Assembly: GCF_963676685.1 (NCBI RefSeq)
Contig: NC_092352.1
Span: forward strand, 51,274,001 to 51,338,000
Origin: Mytilus edulis
Lineage: Eukaryota
DNA length: 64,000 bases
Direction of reading: 5' to 3'
The position numbers were made by a program, and so were the translations under genes. Below the pieces are notes generated by a model. The model did not search any database and was not told the origin of the DNA. It saw nothing but the letters and a program-made list of their open reading frames with translations. Positions 12,461 through 25,603 of the stretch are shown one piece after another. Positions within the stretch are counted from its first letter, which is position 1; the number at the start of each line of letters is the position of its first letter.

Positions 12461-12849
12461 ATTTAAGAAATAATTCATGGAAGCCATAGATTGTTGGAAA
12501 TTTACACATGGCCTGGGCCGTGATATTCGAACTTTATCCTGAGCGTTTTTTTTCATTCATGTTTTTTATTAGTTGTTATTGGCCTGGAATATACTCACAG
12601 ATCAGTTCTTTCTTTGGTGTTACTTGATTACTTTGATCTGTATCGATCTGATCAGTCAAGTCCTTTTCAACTATTTTTCATAGTTTGTTGTGCTGTAAAC
12701 TGTATGCCCAGATTAAGACAAGTGTCTGGCTGGGAGCCTGCAAACATTTAAACCACGTCATATGACATCGTATAAAGTCTACAGTCTGTGATGCACTGGC
12801 TGTCGTTTTTTTCCTGTATATCATATTTATTATTGTTTTGAACATACGT

Positions 12850-13020
12850 CAGTCTGTAAGTTTTCTTATTTGAATTGTTTTATCTTTAATTTTGTCGGAG
12901 GCTTTATTTACTTGCTATAGCTAAGAGGTATGAGTTTTGTTAATTGTTGAAGGCCGTACGGTGACCTAACATTTCCGTCATTTGTTCTAGTAGTTGTCTC
13001 ATTGGAAATCATACTGTATT
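12850..13020 (+). repeat. SINE-like repeat tail
   Basis: TTGTTGAAGGCCGTACGGTGACCTA...GTTGTCTCATTGG, shared with 17035-17220 and 56330-56665. Confidence 0.65.
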
Positions 13021-13084
13021 TACTAATTGTATATTACTATGTGCTTTCCTAGGTCATAGTATATTCCGAATCCGAAATACGGAT

Positions 13085-13445
13085 TTGGTCCGTGTTTCAA
13101 GACGGGTCGGGTGGAGGACCGACCAATTCGGCACTGACCCGTGGCACCCCGCTGCCTCCAGACAGATCCACGCATGCGGTCGGAGAGAACTGCAAGCAGT
13201 AGCTTCCCCAGTCGAACACACACAGAGAGCCGAGAGCAGTCGAGGTGCGGTAAATCTTCGGTCTCGGGACGAGTCGACACTAGACGGGTTATAACACCTG
13301 ACACCACAATTAAGGATGTCAGGTCACCTTCCCGTCCGGCTTGTGACCGCCGTCCAAAACCGTTCATGGCTCTCTACCCGAGGAGAGTGCACTCGTCGAC
13401 GACGGCCGAACGCCTGGTGGGTCTTTACGGATCCCTGAAAGCAAA
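13085..13445 (-). pseudogene. Isolated 28S rRNA fragment (D2 expansion segment)
   Basis: The minus strand ends in the universal LSU motif CCCGACCCGTCTTGAAACACGGACCAA. GC-rich island in AT-rich DNA with no other rDNA nearby. The upstream boundary is approximate. Confidence 0.9.
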
Positions 13446-14209
13446 CTGGATCTTTCTATGTCTGTTTGATTTCATATCGACTTAAAATATTATAGTTACT
13501 ATTTTTACTCTATAAGAATGATTTTTGGTGTATTGATTCAGTGAAACAAATGGTTAAAAGCTGAATATGTCGACTTTATGCAAAACCCGCCTCCTTCTAA
13601 TGTCACATGAATACGTATTCAATGTGGGTAAAAAATTAATTCAACAATATACATAACAAATACTGTTTGGAAAAGTTAACATTTTAAAAGTAACTTTCTA
13701 AATTTTATCATTTGTATTTATCTGTTTTCTCATCACTTGGCGTCCGTCGTCTGTCGTCGTACCACCACTTAAAGAAAGCAATTGTACTCTCTATCCGAGT
13801 CACAATTTATCATTCTCCATCTGGACATGACTGATAGTCAACAAGGTCTAGGGTCAAGTTACTCACATATAAGTGAATAATTCATAGGCAATGTTTTTTA
13901 GCTAATTTTTACAAAATTCATTCCAGCTTGCTTTTAAAAGCGAATAATTATTTCACTTTTTACTTTCATTAACGAATCGAATAAACAAAATTTGTATTGT
14001 TTCATATCTCGTATATTTAGTCGTAGCTAATGCCCTACTTAACACAACGACGCAATGAAATACAATGACAATATCAGGAAATAATCATTATTTATTATTG
14101 TACACAATGTAATATTTTACAGGAAATTGAAAACATGGGGAAATGGTCTTTGTAAAATAAAAATTGGGTATATTTCAAATGCGTATTTTAAGTTATTATT
14201 TAAGTATAT

Positions 14210-14508
14210 TCAAAAACTACCTTGACCAAAAACTTTAACCAAAACTTTAATCTGAACTTCACACTATCAGTTTTTATGTTCAGTGGACCGTAAAATTGGA
14301 GTCAAAACTTTAATTTGGCATAAAAATTAGAAATATCATATCATGGGGAACATGTGTACTAAGTTTTAAGTTGATTGGACTTCAACTGCATCAAAAACTA
14401 CCTTGACCAAAAACTTTAACCTGAAGCGAGACGAACGGACGAACGAACGAACGGACCCACAGACCAGAAAACATAATACCCTCTACTATCGTAGGTGGAG
14501 CATAAAAA
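14210..14508 (-). mobile_element. Pearl/HINE-like element fragment
   Basis: CAAAAACTACCTTGACCAAAAACTTTAACC is repeated (14211, 14392), followed by a (GAAC/GGAC)n microsatellite and a short hairpin with an A-run end. Confidence 0.6.
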
Positions 14509-14909
14509 GAACGTTATTAGCAGAAAAAATGTAACTTATCTGATTTCAGCTCATTCTTTTATAATGAACAATTGAAAAGACAAGCCAGTGTATGCGGATG
14601 GGTAGATTGATGGCAAAACAACAATAATTATAATTGTGAGATATAGAAAATGTACCCTCTCCAAAATAAAACTGGAGCTAAAACAGATAAAGAATAGAGA
14701 ATGGAGATTTTTTGATTTTTTTTTATATTTGTCGATTTGGATAGCAGTCGACCGTATAGTGCATCTGTACATGTACATGCATACGACTTTGATTGTTTTT
14801 CGGGACATTCAAATACAAAATAAAAGATGAATTTTGGTCTGTTTTGTAGGTTTCTGTATATATTTGTATTATATTAGTATATATCTGTATATATTAGTAT
14901 ATATTTGTT

Positions 14910-15050
14910 TAGGGGCCAGCTGAGGGACGCCTCCGGGTGCGGGAGTTTCTCGCTACATTGAAGACCTGTTGGTGTCCCTCTGCTGTTGTTTTTTATTTGG
15001 TCGGGTTGTTGTCTCTTTGACACATTCCCCATTTCCATTCTCAATTTTAT
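14910..15050 (+). repeat. SINE-like repeat tail
   Basis: GC-richer block ending GTTGTCTCTTTGACACATTCCCCATTTCCATTCTCAATTTTA, similar in form to the other SINE tails here. Confidence 0.45.
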
Positions 15051-15240
15051 TCTGAAATCGACTTAATTTTCGAGAAGTTACATAGACTTTGTATAGATAT
15101 ATTTTCAATCCACAATATACTAGGTGTATTGATATATTCATGATATTGCAGATGGAGGATTTCTATCCGATGCAACACATATGTAAAGCTGCTCTTCTTT
15201 ATGGATAATACAAATGTTAGGCAACAATAAAAGTACTTAC

Positions 15241-15316
15241 TGACATATTGGTCGGCAAATGAATTAATAAATGTACAATTAATAAGAATAAATGCACAAT
15301 GTTTGAATTGAATCAT
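15241..15316 (-). CDS. Receptor gene, first coding exon (signal peptide)
   Basis: MIQFKHCAFILINCTFINSFADQYV followed by a consensus donor |gtaagt. Phase 1 joins exon 9714 in frame. Confidence 0.65.
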
Positions 15317-15447
15317 ATTCCTTTTATGTAGGTTGTTTGTTACACCAACATGACCAATGAGGAAGTTAAAAGTCGTAAATATTAAACGTAAACAAATTAG
15401 TATTGATTGTTAGCCATGCATAAAAACATTGAATTATCGTTAAAAAC

Positions 15448-17779
15448 GGGTACCTGTAAAGTGCGAAACGAAATAGAAACGTATTAGGACAAAACGAAAC
15501 GAAACGAAATGTCTTATAATACAACATGTTTGTGTGTTTCAGAGTTTGCATGCATCCGGTTTTCATAGTTTTACTTGGAACAAATCAAATAAAACCGGCA
15601 GAGGGATGAAGGTTTATTTTCAGGGGAGGGGTCGTACATACTTGTGTTTACTGCCTATAAAGTGTTAAGTTTCACACGTCGTTTTGAATGAATTTTTTTT
15701 TTTACGGTAAAATATTACCATAGAAAGAAAAGGGGTGGTACACGGTAACACCTGATATATATAATATAAATGAGACTATATTTCAGAACTGTGATATTGA
15801 GGACACGCACGTGGTCACAATCTAGATCAGGGGTCCTATGACTAACTTAATGAAGATGCATTTATGTATGTATACACAGACGTTCCGCTGTAATGGATGC
15901 ACTTGTATACTTAAATTATGTTAGTAGCATATACTTAATTTCAGAGAGGTCAAATACCAATTGGTCAGTAATTTTCATCCTCCGAATTATAATAGTTGTT
16001 TGTTTAAATGCTGCTTTATCATTTTTATTTTAATCATATATTAGTTTCTCAATACTTGTACTTGGATGGAGAGTCGTCTCATTGGCACTCATACCACATC
16101 TTCTTATTTATATTGTATAATACATTATAATTACTGATAAAACTATGAATGGGTCATGATTTTGTCATCAGAAACATATTAAGTGTCGTGATTTTTTTCC
16201 AAGGTTTTAATTTATGATTTTGTTTTTGTTTTCAAAGCTACTGTACTTGAAAGTTTTTGAAGCAAACCATTTCAATCGTATTGTTATATTATGCGTTTTA
16301 TCAATAAGGTTTTCGTTATTTCGCAAATGTTAGCGTTAACAGATGAGACCAAAAATCGTATAAATGTGCATATGATAAATGATACTTTTGTTTCTGTATA
16401 TCTAGTTTTCACTACGTTTGTTATAGATCCATGCTCACCATTTATTCCTTGGCCATATCTTGCATTTTGGCGGTTTTCATCTTCAATTTGCAGTTTTATT
16501 TGGCTGCAGTAACTATTAAGCATATTAAGTTTGCTCCAACCCAAGCAACATCTGCATATGTGCCATACTTATTTGTTTGTGAAATAATGAGGTTTAACAG
16601 TTGAATAAAATATCACTGGAAATACTGTCACTTAAGACTAACCTGTATATATAGTAGACCAAGAAGGAAAACTGTTCATTTAAATTTTTATCAAAAAAAG
16701 AATCTTTGAATTATTGATAATCCCTGAAATCACAATTTTATTAGGGAATTTGTAGAATAAAAAATAAAATGTTCAGTGATTATGTAAAATCACTAGTAAT
16801 TTTCAGGGATTATATTTAATCACTATAATGATTTTAGTTATTCTACATACAATGTAATCACTGATATATCAGGGATTCTACATGCCTAATCCCTGATGAT
16901 ACAAATTCACTGTAACAATATATTTATAAAGGTGCATATCACGTATGTTTACATCATTGTTGTTTTCTGACCAGTAAAATTGTCATAAAACTTATCTGGT
17001 GCATCTACATGTATCTCCTCTACAAAGTTATACTTAAATAAGGCCGTTAGTTTTCTCGTTTGAATTGGTTTACATTGTCATTTCGGGGCCTTTTATAGCT
17101 AACTATGCGGTATGGGCTTTGCTCATTGTTGAAGGCCGTACGGTGACCTATCGTTGTTAATTTCTGTGTCTCTTGTGGAGAGTTGTCTCATTGGCAATCA
17201 TACCACATCTTCTTTTTTTATATATATATATATACTCGTATTTAGCAGTCTGTGCCAAACAAAAACACTTATACAGTTACTATCTTACTTAACTCCGAGG
17301 TTGTATCAACTATGAAATATGTATAGATGACCTGCTCGTTATTGCCTTATTGAAAAATATAATTGAAAAGTGTGTTAATGTGGTCGTCACGGAACTCAAT
17401 GCTCAATATAACAGTAACCGGAACATGAAATTTGACCTAAGAGCAAAGAAAAGAATGCAGTTAAATGGTTACAAAATGTTGATTATGGCTATTCAAATGT
17501 TCCTTTACCGCATTTTTCTGCATCAGCAGACTGTATTAATGCTATATCCATTCAGATTATTAAGTGTAGTTTTACGCACACTCGTGAAGGAAAGGAGATT
17601 TGAACCCAAGATAAAATTCATTTCATATATTTCAGTTCACACTGTCTTTCCCTATACTGATACATATAAAAACATTCAGCGAGGACATTTAAGTTGAGAT
17701 AGTGAAAAAAATATTGATTTCGTTTCATTTCGTTCCGTTTTGTTCCGTTTCTATTTCGTTTCAAACTTTACAAGTACCC
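15448..17779. mobile_element. Non-autonomous TIR DNA transposon (~2.3 kb)
   Basis: GGGTACCTGTAAAGTGCGAAACGAAATAGAAACG at the left is the inverted match of CGTTTCTATTTCGTTTCAAACTTTACAAGTACCC at the right. No clear TSD. Confidence 0.65.
17035..17220 (+). repeat. SINE-like repeat tail
   Basis: Same family as 12850-13020. Ends CATACCACATCTTC plus a T/TA run. Confidence 0.7.
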
Positions 17780-20189
17780 CCTCCCCCCTTTTTCCCCTCC
17801 AAAAAAAACTCCGTTGTAATTTATAAGTGTCACATTTGGTTTTCCTTTAGACAGAATTAAAAACTTTTTTTGATCCTACAAACAGACCTAGAACATAAAG
17901 AAGAACGTCGATATATTTAATCTCGGAACATCATACACTAGTTTTATTTGGCAATATGTTACTTAAAAAATTAGGATACTCCACTCGCTGTTGAAATTTG
18001 AAGATTTAAACAGGTTTTCACACCAATTCATCTCTCGCCAAGAAACGAACCCCAAACAAATCCACTACTTCGCCTATACACGTGTGGATGAAAGATTTTT
18101 TAAGAAATTTCGCACAGGTATAATGACACAACTCTGTTTCAATTCTAAATTAAACGTTGCAACAAATGTGCCATAATTGTCTTCTATTATTTTTATTTCT
18201 GTGAAAGGGAGAAGTATTTGTATTTTGATAATTTTACGTTTGCTCAAACAAAGAGGTAATCTTTTTGACAAAAAAAACTGAATCCTAAAATAACCTGAAC
18301 CCAATATATATTTTTCATTGCAGGTTAAAACATGGATTATTGATAAATTAATCATTACAGAAGTCTTCGTTCGTTTATACAAACCAAGAAACACAACATG
18401 AATGCCAGAAAAAGCAAGAAAAATATTGCTATTATATGTATTTCCTGGAAATGACCTTTCAACATATATAAAAATAATCTGGAATTAATCAACAGGAATA
18501 ATTTTTAAGTCGGTCCTTGCCTGGTAATTGTTACTGAATTATTTTGCAAACAATTCTTCTCAAACCGTTGCAAGGTGTCATCTTAAACTTGTAAGTTATA
18601 AGTGAGCTTTTCTTGTTTGCTCCGTGATGACGGCCTCATCATTAGTTTAAACAATATTTTATTTTCGAAAAGTGCACGAAATATAATTATACAATATAAT
18701 ACAGGGATTCGGAAACAAGAAAAACTTATATAAATCCTTCTCCCTATAAAACAAATGACAAAATTAGGAACATAGTATAAGAAACTAGTATAATATAATT
18801 TTGTGGTTTGTCCGTTACTCCTGAGAAGTCAGTTTGATCGAAAAATGTGATCAAGTCATTTTTTTTATAATTATGGTCCATATAGCTGAGAAATATGTAA
18901 ATGTTTCGAAAATAAGGTTACTTTAAATTCAACATCTTAATCGACATCGACATAAAAATAATTGTAATTGACCAAATCTCCCTGTTTCTAAAATAAATCT
19001 TTGTACAATTTTAAAAATATTTTCGTTTTCCTCATCACTGATAAGTTCACTACTGATAATAATGTTTGCATATTATATATTGGTAGTGTAGAAATGGTTT
19101 GTGTCCTGATGAGTCTATAATTATGACATTCTAGCAAATAGTGTTTGCTGTTCTCAACTTGCCAACATATACAGAGGCTGGAAAGAACAATTTTTTTTTC
19201 TGGAAAAGGTGTTCATTTCAGCCACTGCAGTTCAACCGGAGTCTGGCGTGAAGTATTTGGCTTTTTCTACAACCAGCATTATAATATGTAGGGACTTTCT
19301 TAGTGTCTCGATTTATATCATTTTTAAGTGTAAATGTTTATGGGTATCTTGTGGAAGCCTGTTCCATTCACGAATAACAGATGGTACGAAGAATTTTGAT
19401 AAAAGGTAGTTCTACAGTTCATATTTTGAACATTAAATACACTTCTGGTATTATAGTTATAGACTTGATAAAGTCCTCATCATTGTTCATTGGTGGCAAG
19501 GTTTTTTTTGGTGCAAAAATATAGCTGGCACGCATTTTGTATCATTGTTGTGACTTTAAGACGAAAAAAGCAATGTTCCTGTGCTTTTTTGTGTTTTTGT
19601 CGTGCCGTTGTAATGATTTTGTGTCATCGATAGATTACCCATTTCATTTTTTATTATTTAATGCTCATGCACTTGTTCGTCGCTCTCCTGGATACCAAAT
19701 AGAACAATATATGGGTCATAATAAAAAAAAAACATGCAAATTTCGATGAAGGAATATTTTGAAAAATGATGTCATTCTTTAAAACATTTAAATGTGTCCC
19801 TCTATTCTATAGTATGGTAGCAACTATATTCAGAAATATGCAATGGGGAAAATGAAGAGTTCCTTCAATTTTAACAATTTTAGGTCATCCTTTGATAGAA
19901 TCGTGTCAATGGTGTTACTAATTTAAAACATGCATTTAGGTACTAAATATTATTGTTAAACATCAAACAACTGTTCCCATTTATATTTAAGGTTTAAATT
20001 ACTACTTATTGACATTATAACACGGGACACTTTTAATTTGCAAAACACTCATTTGCAAATCCGCCGCCGCCTCAAATAAGAGCTACAATGTCATGAATAT
20101 AACAAAAATGTGCGGAATTACATGGGATTCAATAATTTCGTGTTTTCTGCTGTTACTATTATATTTATGTTGCTATTTGATTTATAAAA

Positions 20190-20370
20190 ACATGGGATTT
20201 TTAATATCCCATGGGACAGGGCAAAATCCCATGGGATCGACCTTTATCCCATGGGATTTTGGTAAATTTTAAATCCCATGGGATTTTTTTTGGTCCCATG
20301 GGATAATTGTAGTCCCATTTGTCCCATGGGATATTTAATATCCCATGGGACAAATTAAAATCCTATGGGA
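20190..20370. repeat. Cluster of palindromic TCCCATGGGA motifs
   Basis: About 9 copies at 20-28 bp spacing. Confidence 0.85.
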
Positions 20371-22108
20371 TTCAAATTATAAATATATAGATATAAATAT
20401 ACAGTAATGTGTATGTTACAATGTATTCTGTTTGGTAGTAAATTGTTATAAGATGAATCTTTTTAATTGAATATCTTTTTTTCTTTGGAAATGTTAATTC
20501 AACATATTGTTCTATAACTGTTCAAAACTTAACTTTTAAACAACAAAGCAGATAATGTAAGTATCAATATATGTTTATTTATGAATTATAGAAAACTTTC
20601 TCTAAACACAATTATTTACCATTTGAAATCAGTGAAAAACTCTATTATTAGGCTTAACATACATTTTTTGTACTAGTAGCTATTTAAGTAAATGTATTTT
20701 TTTCACAATATCCCTCCACACAAAACATTAATAGTTTCTTATCATCAAGCATTGTGTGATTGTATAGTCCACTTTTTGGTCATTCAGCACATAACATTGA
20801 CATTATTGTGGTTTCAATATCTTTTGGTATTTAAAAGAACTCCAAATCATTGACTGAGTGATGAAAATAATAATTGATCCAACTTTTGTCTTTGAATTTA
20901 TTCTGTCAAATTAGCCATATACCACATCTTCCTTTTCTAATACTATACGCGCGCGTTATTCAGTGTGCACCAAATTTTTTATGTTATTTCTTCATGGACA
21001 GAAAAATATTACAGTCATTCCTTAAATGTAAATTCTAATAACAATTCATATGAATAATAGTCCTGTTTCAGGTCTGAACGGATTTATAGTAAAAAATAAC
21101 AGTTGATTCTGGCTATATCCAAGGGTTTAGAAAAACATTAAGGATGTTTTTATAACTATAACTGTAAACTTATATTAGTGTATCACAAAACATTCATATC
21201 TAGCATATGCAAGTGTTATTTTGATACATTTTAATATATTTTCATGTCTTTTGACTTAAAAACCCCTAATAACATGGTTTTGGATGTTTTTTTGATAATG
21301 ACCCATATACACTAGACTCAAGCTGGCAGCCAATTTTAGCAGCCACTCAAGATAGCAGCCACTTTTTTCCAGCAACCAATTTTGATGATATGTCTAAAAA
21401 CTATACGACATGTATGATAAATTTGTTAACATGGGTACTCCTTCTGTTTTTGTTGGGTTTTTTGTTTGTCTCTACCATCAGACTTTAAAAATCAACCCAA
21501 CCAAATGTTTGTCTATCTTAGACTCGTGCTGCCGTGAACAACCCATCTGGAGAAAACTTAACAATTGAAACATTTTGTTCTTATTAAAAGAGAAATATAT
21601 TTCAAATAATTCAAATGTTTCACCAAAGTTCATACTGATCAAAGTAAAAAATCTGAAAATAACAATTTTAAGTGATTATTATTTCATTAGTTAAGTAAAA
21701 ATCTCAAAATAAAACATTTGTTTTAAAGTACATATTTGTACATTGTGGCTATACAAATTCACTGCAACAAGGAACATTCTAATATACATGTAAGACACTT
21801 TAATATATTAAGATCATGATATTCAGAAATAGAGCAGTGCTGTACTACTTCATTGATTGCCAAGGTTAACAGGGGCAGAAATAGATGGTTTTTCAGGTAC
21901 CCCCCCCCCCCTTTGATTAAAACATTTGGTTGATTAACTAAGGAATCACTGAAGCATGAATAAAGCGGCCCCCTCTTATGAAAATTTCTGGATCCGTCAC
22001 TGCTCGATGTATAAAATTTAAAACTTCATACCTTCCCGCATAACCTCCAGCCCATTTAGAAATATACAGCTCCTACATGTCCTATGTCATAAATATATAT
22101 AAATTTAC

Positions 22109-22212
22109 CTTTTGTTTCCACAGGTAAAAGAGTAGAGTAAAGATAGTGGTGTAAATGTCATCTGGTACTTTCCCTTCGTCGCTAGGCCCTAGTGCAATCT
22201 CTGCTTCAAAAT
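22109..22212 (-). CDS. Possible third exon of the THAP gene
   Basis: ttag|AT...AAG|gtaaat, open in phase 1: DFEAEIALGPSDEGKVPDDIYTT... Confidence 0.35.
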
Positions 22213-22589
22213 CTAAAGTTATTTAATGAAATATGTTATATCTATTTTAAAGAAATAAAATTATCTGCCCTTCATATTTTAAATGGTTTTATTTTTTGAA
22301 ATACACACTTAATGCTTTTTTATACTTTAATCTAAAAATTTGAAGTTATTTCATGTACTTAGGAAAATAATTTCTATTCATACCAAAAAACAAAAAAATC
22401 TGCAACGTGCCCAACACAGACGCTCAGAAAGAATATCCATTTAATTATAATTTCAACCAGATAAATATTCTAAAGAGAACGTGTCAACAAAAAGAAAAAA
22501 TACACCATTACATATATTCGTTTATCTTGATCTCACCTACCTAAATACTAAATTTATTTACAGATTTTTACCATTCTGATATAATTTAA

Positions 22590-24645
22590 TTTTGGATGTA
22601 ACGCGTCTTTTGATTGGCTGACGTCGTTTTTTTTTTTTTTATCAGCCCATAGACATAATTTTGTCATGTGACCGTGACGTCATCAATGTTTTTTCATGGT
22701 TTACTCCCGTTTAAAATGGAATTTCGAATGAAATTATAAGAAATAACTGTAATATTTTTTCTGACTATTCGAAATAACATAAACTAGAGGCTCTCAAGAG
22801 CCTGTGTCGCTCACCTTGGTCTATGTGCATATTAACAACGGACACAGATAAATTCATGACAAAATGGTGTTTTGGTGATGGTAATGTGTTTGTAGATCTT
22901 TCTTTACTGAACATTCTTGTTGCTACAATTATCTCTATCTATAATGAACTTGGCCCAGTAATTACAGTGGAAAATATTTCCCAAAAATTTACAAAAATTA
23001 ACAAAAAGTTATGAAAATTGTTAACAACTGACTATGAAGGGCAATAACTCCTTAAGGGGTCAATTGAAAATTTTGGTCATGTTGACTTATTTGTAAATCT
23101 TATTTTGCTGAAAATTATTGCTGTTTACAGTTTATCTCTCTCTATAATAATATTCAAGATAATAACCAAAATCTGCAAAATTTCCTTAAAATTACTAATT
23201 CGGGGGCAGCAACCCAACAACTGGTTGTCTGATTTGTCTGAAAATTTCAGGGCAGATAGATCTTGACCTGATAAACAATTTAACCCCTGTCAAATTTGCT
23301 CTAAATGCTTTGGTTTCAGAGATATAAGCCAAAATCTACATTTCACCCCTATGTTCCATTTTTAGCCATGGCGGCCATCTTGGTTGGTTGGCCAGGTCAC
23401 GCCACACATTTTTTAAACTACATACTCCAATAATGATTGTGGCCAAGTTTGGTTAAATTTGGCCCAGTAGTTTCAAAGGAGAAGATTTTTGTAAAAGATT
23501 ACAAAAATTTACGAAAAATTGGTCAACATTGACTATAAAGGGCAATAACTCCTTAAGGGGTCAACTGATAATTTTGGTCATATTGACTTATTTGTAGATC
23601 TTACTTTGCTGAACATTATTGCTGTTTACAGTTTATCTCTTTCTATAATAATATTCAAGATAATAACCAAAATCTGCAAAATTTCCTTCAAATTACTTAT
23701 TTCGGGGCAGCAACCCAACAACCGGTTGTCCGATTCATTTGAAAGTTTCAGGGCAGATAGATTTTCACTTGATGAACAATTTTACCCCTGTCAGATTTGC
23801 TCTAAATGCTTTGGTTTCAGAGATATTAGCCAAAATCTACATTTCACCCCTATGTTTCTATTTTTAGCCATGGCGGCCATCTTGGTTGGTTGGCCGGGTC
23901 ACGCCACATAGTTTTTAAACTAAATACCCCAAAGATGATTGTGGCCAAGATTGGAATAATTTGGCTAAGCAGTTTCAGAGGAGAAGATTTTTGTAATAGA
24001 TAACTAAGATTTACGAAAAATGGTTAGAAATTGACTATAAAGGACAATAACTCCTAAACGGGTCAACTGACCATTTCGGTCATTTGACTTATTTGTAAAT
24101 CTTACTTTGCTGAACATTATTGCTGTTTACAGTTTATCTCTATCTCTAATAATATTCAAGATAATAACCCAAAAACGGTATAATTTCCTTAAAATTGCCA
24201 ATTCCAGGACAGCAACCCAACAACGGGTTGTCCGATTCGTCTGCAAATTTCAGGGCAGATAGATCTTGACCTAATAAACAATTTTACCCTGTCAGATTTG
24301 CTCTAAATGCTTTGGTTTCAGAGTTATAAGCCAAAAACTACATTTTACCCCTATGTTCTATTTTTAGCCATGGCGGCCATCTTGGTTGGTTGGCCGGGTC
24401 ACGCCACACATTTTTTAAACTAGATACCCCAATGATGATTGTGGCCAAGTTTGGTTTAATTTGGCCCAGTAGTTTCAGAGGAGAAGATTTTTGTAAAAGC
24501 TAACGACGACGGACGACGACGACGGACGCCGGACGCAAAGTGATGGGAAAAGCTCACTTGGCCCTCTGGGCCAGGTGAGCTAAAAATGTGGTGCACACTG
24601 TAAAATGACCCACTATGAGAAAAAATATTACAGTCATTCCTTAAT
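22590..24645. mobile_element. Foldback-type MITE interrupted by the HINE
   Basis: ACTGTAATATTTTTTCT (about 22746) is the inverted match of AGAAAAAATATTACAGT (about 24619). A related arm is at 20945-21025. Confidence 0.55.
22781..24585 (-). mobile_element. Helentron-associated element with three ~500-bp internal tandem units
   Basis: Same termini as 11529-12250, inverted. The unit marker TGACTAT.AAGG.CAATAACTCCT occurs at about 23029, 23530 and 24032. Confidence 0.85.
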
Positions 24646-24821
24646 TGTTCAGAAATAGTCACATTTTAAACTAAATTTTACAAGGTTGATCCTAAATGGC
24701 AGGTAAAATATGATACTGACCTTGATTTTTTACATTGTGTGATGTCACCTTATGAACTTACTTCATGATATTGTTATAAGATTTGCGAAATTGTACATGT
24801 TTATGATCAATTTATTAAAAA

Positions 24822-25603
24822 AAACAAGAGGCTGTCACAACGACAGCAGACCGGATTCATTAACATTTATTTGTGTTCTGCCAATATCACAAGAACCATA
24901 AGTGATGAACCGTGAAAGTGAAAATCGTCAATATCAAATTTGACCTCCATTTTGTCATCAGTATCAACATATTAAAATTTGAAGAGCTTAGGTTGAATGG
25001 TTCATGAGTAAATGCAACAACATGAATGGAAACGCCATTTTTCGATCTTTCAAGAACCATAACTCCTGAACGGTAAAAGTCAAAATCAACATTATTGAAC
25101 TTGACCTCCATTTTGTCATCAGTAACAGCATATTAAAATTTGAAAAGCTTTAGTTCAACAGTTCATGAGTAAATGCACGGACACGACTGGAAAAGCCATT
25201 TTTCAATCTTTCAAGAACCATAACTCCTAAACGGTAAAAGTCAAAATCTTCATTATTGAACTTGACCTCCATTTTGTCATCAGTAACACCATATTAAAAT
25301 TTGGTTGAATATTTCATGCGTAAATGCACGGACACGACTGGAAATGCCAATTTTCAATCTTTCAAGAACCATAACTCCTGAACGGTAAAAGTCGAAATTG
25401 TCGTTATTGAACTTGACCTTCATTTTGTTGTCAGTAACAACATATTAAAATTTTAAAAGCTTTGGTTGAATGGTTCATGAGTAAATGCACGGACAACATT
25501 TAGTTGCCGCCCGCCCGACCGCCCGCCCGGCCGCCCTACCGCCCGACCGCCGTACATCCCCAAATCAATAACCGACATTTTTGTCACAAAAATCCGGTTA
25601 AAA
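24822..25603 (-). mobile_element. Second Helentron-associated family with ~160-bp internal tandem units
   Basis: CAAGAACCATAA units at about 24890, 25051, 25212 and 25363, a (GCCC/GACC)n microsatellite, ACCGGATT sub-terminal IRs and the hairpin GCTGTC-acaac-GACAGC. Confidence 0.75.

Noticed and set aside
13023-13485. Three overlapping ORFs of 69-114 aa
   Set aside because: By-products of GC-rich 28S rRNA sequence.
19106-19135. CTGATGA-GTC...GAC possible hammerhead
   Set aside because: No GAAA after stem II and no convincing stem I.
20190-20370. CRISPR-like repeat-spacer appearance
   Set aside because: The repeat is only 10 bp, linkers are 10-18 bp and low-complexity, there are no cas genes, and the context is eukaryotic.
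22032-22072. ELYISKWAGGYAG, faintly like a Harbinger DDE motif downstream of THAP
   Set aside because: Too short, the implied intron is only ~35 nt, and no other transposase motifs were found.
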